The position numbers were made by a program, and so were the translations under genes. From Macrostomum lignano (lineage: Eukaryota), in contig NIVC01001361.1 in NCBI GenBank assembly GCA_002269645.1, positions 124,001 through 188,000 on the forward strand: a stretch of 64,000 nt of DNA, written 5' to 3'. The notes under the pieces are model-generated. The model was not told where the DNA came from. It saw only the letters and a program-made list of their open reading frames with translations, and ran no database searches. This document shows positions 1 through 9,425 of the stretch, in pieces (the stretch's first letter is position 1; each line of letters starts with the position of its first letter).

Positions 1-11
1 AACAGGCACAC

Positions 12-510
12 ATTTAGGGATATTTTAACATCTTCATTTTAGAATCCAGTCAGTTCAGAAATATTTTAGAATCCAGTCAGTTCAGAAATATTTTAGAACT
101 CAGTCATTTAGGGATATTTTAGAATCCAGTTTTTAGGGATATTTTTGAATCCAGTCAGTTCAGAAATATTTTAAAATCCAGTCATTTAGGGATATTTTAG
201 AATCCAGTCATTTGGGGATATTTTAGAATCTAGTCATTTGGGGATATTTTAAATCTAGTCATTTTAGAATCCAGTCATTTCAGGGAATTTTTAGAATCCA
301 GTCATTTAGGGATATTTATAGAATCATCTCGAAGACGTTAGACATGTCAATCTCATTAAAGGTAGTGAGCATAGCACAGGTATTCTGGGCCTCCTTTAAT
401 CGCTCGGCGATGCGCAGGGATATTTTAGAATCCAGTCATTTAGGGATATTTTAGAACTCAGTCATTTAGGGATATTTTAGAATTCAGTCATTTTAGGGAT
501 ATTTTAAAAT
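12..510. repeat. Minisatellite, ~26-bp unit (ccagtcatttagggatattttagaat), DLST intron 3
   Basis: Repeating unit visible; interrupted at 325-417 by a copy of exon sequence. Confidence 0.9.
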
Positions 511-616
511 GTTGCCATTTCGCTAATTCAGGGAATTTAACCCTTAAGTTTATGTGCATTTATCAGTTTCATTCCAGAAGGCAGCCTAAGAACTTTGCAA
601 CAAAGAAGCCGCATAC

Positions 617-902
617 CTCAATAGCCAGCTCGTTTTTGCGCGCCTTGACGCCAAGCGCCGCAATCTCGTGTTCAATGTCGGCCAGATTCATGTTGTGAAC
701 GCCGCGCAGCACAGGCACAACCAGGCCTTTGGGAGTGGCCACGGCCACGCTGATGTCAACGTAGTCCCTGTAGACAATGTCGCCGCCATCGATGACCGCA
801 TTGACAGCCGCCTGCTGCTGCAGGGCGTAAGCGGCCGCCTTCACAAATGGCGACATGAAGCCCAGCTTGACCCCGTGCTGCTTCTCGAATGCCGGCTGGA
901 AC
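617..902 (-). CDS. DLST: DLST exon 3 (catalytic domain, part)
   Basis: ctcAG|G TTC CAG...ATT GAG|GTatgc; [19 protein letters not shown]...NELAIE. Confidence 0.95.
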
Positions 903-935
903 CTGAGGGCATGTTCGATGGTAATGATTGTACAG

Positions 936-1332
936 GTGGCACACACAGTGAAGGACTGGGGGAGGGTGGCACACCTCTGAAGACTGGGGAGGGTGGCACA
1001 CACAGTGATGGACTGGGGGAGGGTGGCACACACAGTGATGGACTGGGGGAGGGTGGCACACACAGTGAAGGACTGGGGGAGGGTGGCACACACAGTGAAG
1101 GACTGGGGGAGGGTGGCACACACAGTGAAGGACTGGGGGAGGGTGGCACACACAGTGATGGACTGGGGGAGGGTGGCACACACAGTGAAGGACTGGGGGA
1201 GGGTGGCACACACAGTGATGGACTGGGGGAGGGTGGCTCACACAGTGATGGACTGGGGGAGGGTGGCACACACAGTGAAGGACTGGGGGAGGGTGGCACA
1301 CACAGTGAAGGACTGGGGGAGGGTGGCTCACA
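936..1332. repeat. Minisatellite, 30-bp unit (ggggagggtggcacacacagtgaaggactg), fills DLST intron 2
   Basis: About 13 near-identical units. Confidence 0.95.
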
Positions 1333-1354
1333 CCAGCTCATTTTCCCCACTCAC

Positions 1355-1993
1355 TTGGCCCGCATCTCGAAGACGTTAGACATGTCAATCTCATTAAAGG
1401 TAGTGAGCATAGCACAGGTATTCTGGGCCTCCTTTAATCGCTCGGCGATGCGCAGACGCATCCGGGACATCTTCACGCGACGCTCCGATCGAGCGCCGAC
1501 AGTCGAAGTCGAAGGGGCGGACGCTGACGATGAAGCCGCCGCCTGAGGCAGCGGGGGCGGCTTGGACGGCGCCTGGGAGGCCACCAGCTTGTCCTCCTTG
1601 GGTGCAGCCGGTGCCTGCTGCTCAGGCTGCTTGGGCTGCTCAGGCTGCTGCTGCGGTGCAGCTGGTTTCTCCTCCACGGCCGCCTTCTTGTCCGACTTTG
1701 CCGCAGCGGGCGCCGCTCCGCCAGCCTCAATTTTGAACACCTCCTGATGGGCCACCACCTTCTGGCCGTCCGGCACTAGCAGCTCCGTGATGACGCCGGC
1801 GCAGGGCGAGTGCACCTGCACGGAGGTCTTGTCTGTCTCAACTTCGGCTACCAGCTCGTCCTCGGCCACGGTGTCGCCGACCTGCTTCTCCCAGCGAATG
1901 TCTCCTTCAGTGACGGACTCCGCAAAAGCTGGCACTTTGCCAGTTACAACTCCGCCTCGAAGACTGCGACTTGTGTGCAGCTGCCGCCATTGG
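1355..1993 (-). CDS. DLST: DLST exon 2 (lipoyl domain, linker, start of catalytic domain)
   Basis: aaacAG|C CAA TGG...GCC AA|GTgagt; [11 protein letters not shown]...EVETDKT...FEMRAK. Confidence 0.95.
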
Positions 1994-2784
1994 CTGTTTA
2001 GTTGATGGAGTTGGGGGGACCATGTAGGTTATGCTTAGACTTTACACTCTACTCAACACTAGATTTCAGGATCGAATGTTGAGTAGATCTAATGATTCAG
2101 GAACATTTCAAGAAATTTTATATTCAATTTAAACATCTATTGAAAAAAGTTTTGTGACAATTAGTGAATCACAAAGCAAAGTAGTATGCAGTTGAATATG
2201 ATTGTAATTAGTTGGCTGTTGTGAGCATTGTCATGATCCCTGGCCCTGCCCCATCTAATGATGCGGCTGTCTTGTTTCAGAGTTTATTCATAATAAACAA
2301 AATGATTATCAATATCAACCATAAAGTTTAAAACTTAAAAAAAAAATAAAATTTGAGAATATTTTAGCTAATTTAAGTGAAAATGTTATAAAACCTTCAT
2401 ATGGCAATTAGAAATCAATCTAGATTCTAGATTCAGAATCAGGCTGTTTGTGCATTGATACTACTTTATTTATTAATAGCTCTAATAGTTTATATTTAAT
2501 ATAAATATTTCTATGCCTTTGAATGAAAATGTCTACTTTGTATGCCATGGTCAGGAAGGTCAACAAGTCCCCAATCAAATTTTTAATTGTGCACTATGTG
2601 CCAAATAAAAAAGTGCATGTGCACCAAGAAAGAAATGTAGACCTTGTATTAGGCCTAGTAACTGTTATATAGCAATATAACAAATTATAGGTTCTGAAAA
2701 ATGCATTAGTTATAATTGTGAATAAAAGAAAGATTAATGGCGATCCTACAGTTTTCTGCTTTAATTATTTTTTGGCTTTTCCGA

Positions 2785-2985
2785 GTGATCACTAACCAAT
2801 GGGCTGCCTATAATTAATTCTGGCCAATCATGTGACCATTAATCACTCTATCCGGTTTGTTGACCCCAATGATCATACCATCTATACAAACACCATTGAG
2901 GATGCATGGGCCAACTGCAAGGCCAAGTATGCATAGTACATATCCAGAGACATTCGAGATGTACCTCCAAGAGTTTTTATAGCGC
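2785..2985 (+). mobile_element. Merlin / IS1595 (ISXO2-like) DDE transposase relic
   Basis: Pieces translate as VITNQWAAYN* / HVTINHSIRFVDPNDHTIYTNTIEDAWANCKAK / FEMYLQEFL*R. These match the remembered family pattern SDxWxAY..HxTVNHS..FVDP..HTNTIEGxW..YLxEFxWR. Contains stops and a frameshift. Confidence 0.7.
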
Positions 2986-3669
2986 TGGCTGTTTCAAGAG
3001 TGTCAATTTGGGAACATGTTGTATTGGATATGCGATTATTATCCACGTTAACTGTTGTGACTATCATGAGTGACTATTATATAAGTTTATCGTCATTTCT
3101 TATTCTTGCTGTGCCTGCCATAATTTTTCAAAAAATAATTAAAAGCGGAAAACTGTAGGATTGCCAGATTAAATATGTATTGTTTGTATATTCAGAAAAA
3201 CTTAGTGTGCTATTTGAATTAAATTGAATATTTAAAAAAGGAGCAAATACACTTTCACATATGGTGAAATCCAAAAATCGGGGGCAAGTTTTATGAAAAT
3301 TCGTTTTTTGGCAATTTGAAAGCAATAAAGCTATAAAATAAATTTATTCAAGTTTTTAAAAGGTAAAAAAGTCTATTAAAGCACAAATTATTTTCGTATA
3401 GCTTTATTTTTAATAAAATGATTTGTTGAAATGGTAAGTTTAATTACGACCTAAAATGAGTCGAATGAAAATGCTAGAAAAGCTATAATAATGTATTTTA
3501 TTAACTTTAACTATCTTATAATGTTACACTCTATAATTCTACAACATATTTAACATTATTTTCAAGGGTTTATTTGTTTATCACTTTCGTTACTCTTGAC
3601 AACGTGTATTTTGTAGAGTTTGTTTGCAATAAATTGTATTCAACGTAAGTTTATTATTTAAACATACAA

Positions 3670-4022
3670 ATTCCTGTAAGGATCGGAAAATTGCATTTTA
3701 TTCAGCTTCTACTAAAGCAATTGGGAAAATTCTTTTTTTCCTGCATACACGCCGCGATGATACATGTTTTAGTGTAATTTCATTGTTCTTCGTTGCTTAA
3801 TGAGCATACAGTAAGCATCTGATTTGGAAGCCGGGTAACACATTGGAATTCCCATAAGGATTGGAAAATTGCATTTTACTCAGCTTCTACTAAAGCGATT
3901 TGGAAAATTCTTTTTTTCCTGCATACACGCCGCAATGATACATGTTTTAGTGTAATTTCATTGTTCTTTGTCGCTTAATGAGCATACAGTAAGCATCTGA
4001 TTTGGATGCCGGGTTCACATTT
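3670..4022. repeat. Two-copy tandem duplication, period ~178 bp, DLST intron 1
   Basis: ggaaaattgcatttta...gagcatacagtaagcatctgatttgga present twice. Confidence 0.9.
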
Positions 4023-5021
4023 TGTGGTACCATTTTTTGCCCAAAATTTTGAAGTCTAAATATAGGAATATTACAAATACTAATACTATGCAAGTTGATA
4101 TTTAAATGAAAGAAAACAACTTAAAGATTATTTTGCAACAAGGAATTAGTGATATATTTACTTTTAGAGAAAGATGTTTGCTGGCAAACTTTGCACTTTA
4201 TATTAGTATGAATTTTCGCAAGTTTATATGGTTTTAGAAAAACTTTGAAATCCTTAGAAATACTTCATCTTTTTGAATTGAATAAAAAGTAAAACACAGA
4301 TTACTTTCTGTTTTGTAAGTAGTAAAAAATTAGCCTTCTCTAAGGCCTACAAGTCTTAAAATTAATTGTTTAATAATGAAAAAAAGTGAAATAAAAAATT
4401 GCAAATCGGTCAACTTGGACTTTCAAAATGCTTTTTTGTGGTTTTTTCTTATTTATTCAACAATATAAAGCATGAAAACAATAGTTTTTATCCAGAACTA
4501 TTTTCTAAAGACCTATCTATCTTTCAAAAACCTTTTTTAGATACATTACTTTCTATCAAATGTCCGCAGATTTGTTTTACCATTTTATCCCACATTTTTG
4601 GATTTCGCCATATCATACTTTGTGTAAACTAAGAAAATTTTACTATATAGACTGTGCGCCGAGTGCAGCACACCATGTGCTATGTGCACCATGTGCACCA
4701 GAAAATTCCTTTGTGTGTGCCACAATTTTCTGTGAAATCTACCACCTTCCTGACTGTGGTGTATGGAATTACCCAATAACAAACTATGACTCAGGTCTAA
4801 TCTAAATGAAATTTACAACATTTTAGCATAAAGGTACCAAATTTTCCTATCATACAGTGCAATAGCTTTGTCCATAAATTGTTCTGGCGCATGGTGCATG
4901 TTAGGCCTATCCTGACTGTGTAGTAGAATAAACATATTTACATATCCTTAGAACAACTTTTCTAAGAATGAATTGATCAGGAAAAGAAATAGCATTAATA
5001 ATAAAACATTTGAAAACTTAC

Positions 5022-5215
5022 TAATAAGGAATAGAATGATGATTCATGAACACAACCTTTCCGGAAGTCAAAAACGATGCTTGATGACTATTGCTTGTTG
5101 AGTTGCAAGCCGATGAAATAGACCTGCATAAGCATTTGTGACTATTCTTTGTCAAGATAACACGAAGGAATTGCCTACTGGCAACTTGGCTAGTTTTTAT
5201 GACGTGTCCAAGCAT
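5022..5215 (-). CDS. DLST: DLST exon 1 (mitochondrial presequence)
   Basis: True ATG at 5215. MLGHVIKTSQVASRQFLRVILTKNSHKCLCRSISS is S/R/K-rich with no acidic residues. Donor TA|GTAAGT is phase 2 and matches exon 2. Confidence 0.8.
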
Positions 5216-5506
5216 TGCGTCTGTGTACTTATAAGTCAGATATAGACAAAAGAACTAATAACCTGACGAGGAGTTGTATTTTGTGCTAAAACTGGCCTTT
5301 CAAAGAAACACACTTCAAACGTTTAAATTTATTCAATATGAGTTAACAAAACATTACAACTAATAAACATAACAGTATTTAGAAGTCTTTTTGCTGCATT
5401 TCAGCTTCTTTTCCATGTATATTTCATTTTTATTAGTATAAAAATGTTTTTATTTAGTATGTAGCTTTAAAAATGCAAAGTAATCTATATTTACAAGGAC
5501 ACTTGC

Positions 5507-5556
5507 AGGACTACTCAAGTAGCATAGTAGTAGAGTAGTTCTACTTGAGTAGTCCT
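5507..5556. repeat. Perfect 16-bp inverted repeat with 18-nt spacer
   Basis: aggactactcaagtag (5507-5522) / ctacttgagtagtcct (5541-5556). Confidence 0.85.
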
Positions 5557-5733
5557 TGCCTGTATGTTGCACGTAAAAGTGCAGTGCATGCATGGTCGAA
5601 ATTTCAAAATTTTCATCCAATATGACTCGATCAATCCACGATTAGCTTACATTGATGTAATGAACATTACATTAAATTCTTCACACGCGTACAGCTGCAT
5701 GTATAGCTATCTTACATGTATAGTTAATATACA

Positions 5734-6129
5734 CAGGGGCGTCGCCATGGATTTTTTATGGTGGGGGCACAAGGCCAGAATTCTACATGTAACATGACAA
5801 GCACGGGACTATAAATTCCTACATGTTCATTATTTTCAGAATCGGTGCATGTTGTCAGAGCTTATATTTTGGCGCCGAAGCACTTATTTTTAGCGCCGAA
5901 AGAACTCATTTTGGCGCCGCAGGCACTGATGATCATTTTAGCGCCGCAGGCACTCATTTTGGTGCCACGTACAGGCGCTATTGTCGCCCTAAAAGCAACG
6001 TTATTGATTTCCAACTCGGGTCACAAGGTGGGGTGGGAGGGGCAAAGCATTGGCATGTCCCCCCCATAGCTTTTACTGGGGGGGGACAAGTCCCCCGGCC
6101 CCTGTCCCCCCTCGATTGCGACGCCCCTG
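5734..6129. mobile_element. MITE-like non-autonomous DNA element (~396 bp)
   Basis: 12-bp terminal inverted repeats caggggcgtcgc / gcgacgcccctg in a TATA-like flank; internal ~5x atttt(g/a)gcgccg repeats. Confidence 0.7.
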
Positions 6130-7136
6130 CATATACAGGTACATGTATGTAATCAAGCTACATTAATGCACACGAATGTTATAATATAATACATGTACGA
6201 GTAAGTTGTACACGTAAGTGCCCAAAAGATTGTACTTAATTAAAAAGCTGACTCTGCACTCGCGTTGGTATATTTTTTAAGCTGAACATAAAATTTACAC
6301 CATTTCTCCGAACTGCAGTTGCATGTACTGATGTACACGTTAAGCAGGCCTTTTTACGTAATTCCCATTTTAAAGTGCATTTGGAAGAATTTGCATTTTG
6401 TAAGATAAAATACGCTCGTAAAATTTATTATCAAGGCTTACACGTACGCACATTTTAGCATATTGAGAAAAGTGCGCTGAGTATAAAAATTTTAGGACTT
6501 AATTTTGAGCATACCAGTAATTCTATCGTACATGTACATGTACGATCGTAAAAAAAAGTAATGCTAAAAACTGAAAATCCCCGCCCCGAAGCTATAATTT
6601 GTACAATGCTACTAAATACATACCAAATATTCCAGTAATAGCGACCGATGCTGCTGTCTCATTGGCTACAATTGTTTCTTTTTCTGTTGTGTACCAACTG
6701 TTTCAATGCAATTATTATTCAGTAAATAGCCAGACTTCAAACATTACGTACGAGCAGCGAGTGCGGTGTTCTCATTTAACGATGCGTAAGTTCGCTTCTC
6801 CAGGGCACAAACACGAACAAGTGATCGAGTGTTTGAGTTGAGGTTTCAGCTTTATATGAACATACAATATATATGAGCTAGTGTGCTAATTATGAATCGA
6901 AGGTAATAGCTGATAAACTTTCAACCAGTTTCAAAGCATAGAATCAAATACGTTCTTGTGGTTTCGTAATACCCTATACCAAATACCCAATTAAATCAGC
7001 TGAACGTTTACAAAGTAGAAAAAAGTTTACAGAATAAAATCATTAATTCCACATATGACAACTGAGTTACAAGTCGTACATTTAATCATAAAATTTAAAA
7101 CTGATCAATCAGGGACTTATGAAAGAATGCCGACGG

Positions 7137-8324
7137 CTAAAAGAAACCATAGTTCCTCTTTAATTGGTAGCCAGAAGCCGGCTGCTTCCGTGTCAGATCG
7201 GGTTTGATCACCACTTTGGTTGGCTCGACAGAGACTCGAACAAACGGATCTCCGACGGACTGACTGCCAATAGCCGCTGTTTGATGCGGAACTGAGTCAT
7301 CAACCGGGCTATAAATGTCCTGACTCATAAGTGTGTCCTTCCAAAACTGACGAAATCTCTCAGCTGAATTTTCTTGATCGCTAATTTGCACTCTCTTTTT
7401 AAATCGTATTGCCGGAGCACTCTTCTCTGCGGTTACCTGTACTTGATTACCCGGGATATAAAACTGTCCAGCGTAACCATCTCGAGATGGCTTCCGACCG
7501 CGTGGAACTGGTACAGAACCTTCGCCGAATGAGGTCAGCCGTCGACCCTGTCTAGCAGGCGGCTGAGCTGAAGCGTTTCCCAGTTCTGAGCCCCGCGTCT
7601 GGAATTCCTCGTGCAGCCAGCGGGCTTCACTCCAACTTCGCGACCAACTGTGAGACCGGGCGTGATTTGAATAGCCGCCGTTCCTATAAAATACGTCCGG
7701 ATTGGTTGACGAAGGGTACACGATTGCGTTACCGTTGTGAAAGCCATTGTTAGCAGCTAGTTGCGTCTGCTGACCGGCGATCTCGCTTCTGCTAGGCCTG
7801 GTGAACTTCTTTCGTCTGATCGCTGTATACTCACCGGCAGACTCCTCCTCGGACGTTGCTGCCTCGTCTGCCGTGGCTTGCCTGATTCTTCGCTGCCGTC
7901 GGATTCTGGCTTTTAGGGCAGTTACTGTAATAGGCCTGCGTGCTGCGTCTGACTGGCCAAGCGTGCGGCTCTGCCTGACCGGTCGTCTGTGTTGACTCTT
8001 CGCGTGCCAGTTCTCGTCGTCGGACCAGTACTGACGTGCGTCGAGAATCTCTGTTGCTCCAAGCTGGTGCTTCTGTTTTTTCTGTCCGTCCGTCGAGCTT
8101 CGCACGTCGGCGACACTTGCCCGGGGAATCTGAACCTGATTTTTGAGCAGCTGAAAGTAGAATTGTTCACCACTGTAACTGTTAGTTCGTCGACTTGGAC
8201 CATCTCGTGAAGACGGTACTGGCAGTTGTAGGTGGCTAACCAGAACTCTGTTCAGTCCGACGCGCGCAGCAGTTGCCTTGTGCAGATTGCTATGCTCAGC
8301 TGGCAGCGCCATCGTTGCAGCCAT
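7137..8324 (-). CDS. Intronless 395-aa hypothetical protein (orphan)
   Basis: 1188-nt non-repetitive ORF in a GC-richer island. Pyrimidine tract plus AG 12 nt upstream of the ATG; ATTAAA about 50 nt after the stop. No recognised domain. Confidence 0.6.
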   Translation of the reverse strand: MAATMALPAEHSNLHKATAARVGLNRVLVSHLQLPVPSSRDGPSRRTNSYSGEQFYFQLLKNQVQIPRASVADVRSSTDGQKKQKHQLGATEILDARQYWSDDENWHAKSQHRRPVRQSRTLGQSDAARRPITVTALKARIRRQRRIRQATADEAATSEEESAGEYTAIRRKKFTRPSRSEIAGQQTQLAANNGFHNGNAIVYPSSTNPDVFYRNGGYSNHARSHSWSRSWSEARWLHEEFQTRGSELGNASAQPPARQGRRLTSFGEGSVPVPRGRKPSRDGYAGQFYIPGNQVQVTAEKSAPAIRFKKRVQISDQENSAERFRQFWKDTLMSQDIYSPVDDSVPHQTAAIGSQSVGDPFVRVSVEPTKVVIKPDLTRKQPASGYQLKRNYGFF

Positions 8325-9008
8325 TACTTTAGTGCGCTTTGAAAGAAAAATAATATGCTTGCAGTGCTCTGAAATTATGTCATCGCATTTCAGCGCGAGA
8401 CTGGCAAGTCAGGCTACAGAAATAATAGAAAATTCGAAATTTGTTGTACATTATACCTAAACTCTCGTTCGTGTAAGCAGGAGTACGACTAAATAGTGTC
8501 TTTAAGGTAAGACAATTCTGCCAACCAAACAACAACCAGACGTTGCCTAATTTTTTTTCGCCGCGGCAGCCAAGTGCGGCAGGGCGAGAGAGATAGATGT
8601 GCATACATTTTACGACACGAAGAAGTGAACTGCGAGAGAATATGCTTTCAAAAGCGCTGCCAAACCCCTCAATACAAGCGTATACTGTAGCCACGCAGGC
8701 AAAGCCTAGTTATAGCACCAAAGAACAGACTTAAATAATGCTTTCCTCCAACACTTTGTATTATCTAGCTCGTATATCAAACTACAATGAGCTATAAAAT
8801 GTAATCTAGCTTAGCTCTTTATGCGTAAAGCTAATTTTCCGGAAATATTGCAATAGCACGTACGTTATTTACATGTGTAACGTGCAGCCCGAAAATTAAA
8901 AAGTCAGGGAGCATCGCACTGCGAGCGAGCGGATAAGTCAGACCCATATGCTACGAGCTATGGCGCGTTTACGTATCGGGGGGTCTATATGAAGTTCGAT
9001 AATCATAT

Positions 9009-9257
9009 AGAAATCTGCTAGCCGAATTTGAAATTTGCCAGTCGAAATCTCCAATTGGGTCAGATTTGCAACCGACAGCTCTCAGCCGCAGCTATTTGTG
9101 CGCTGCACCTGAAGGCCGCGTGACGGCTGTTGAGTCCATGGACTGGACTCGTGGGTCACGGTTCACTAGCTTCGGCTTAGCAGCTATAGAGTTCGGCTAG
9201 AAGATTTTGGATAGCAATCAAATTTCTCAATAGGCAAACTTTTTCTAGCGGATTTCT
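9009..9257. mobile_element. Possible MITE (imperfect terminal inverted repeats)
   Basis: agaaatctgctag (9009-9021) vs ctagcggatttct (9245-9257), plus internal ctagccgaa/ttcggctag. Confidence 0.35.
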
Positions 9258-9425
9258 TTCTAGCAAATCCCGTACATTTACTCCAGTAGTACGTTCGTAC
9301 ATCTACTGCGGGCGCAGTCGTCCACGTATTGTCGGGTCGCGGATTCGACCATTTAGCCTATGTAATCTCTGGCAGGATGAAACTTACTATCCTTTCCCGA
9401 TGAGAAACCGCGTATTCCTTCATAT

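Larger units (their letters stand above)
617..5215 (-). other. DLST: Gene span: dihydrolipoamide succinyltransferase (OGDH complex E2), 5' part; 3' exons lie left of the window
   Basis: join(5215..5022,1993..1355,902..617) = 1119 nt = 373 codons with matching phases (2,2,0). Lipoyl motif [69 protein letters not shown]. Confidence 0.95.

Noticed and set aside
668-1546. Long ORFs running through tandem arrays (e.g. 668-1546, 22504-23106, 24649-25491, 28261-28863, 31541-32092, 37840-39348, 38093-38977, 49612-50649, 49908-50597)
   Set aside because: They are open only because the repeat units lack stop codons. They lie in introns defined by flanking conserved exons, or are antisense shadows of real exons.
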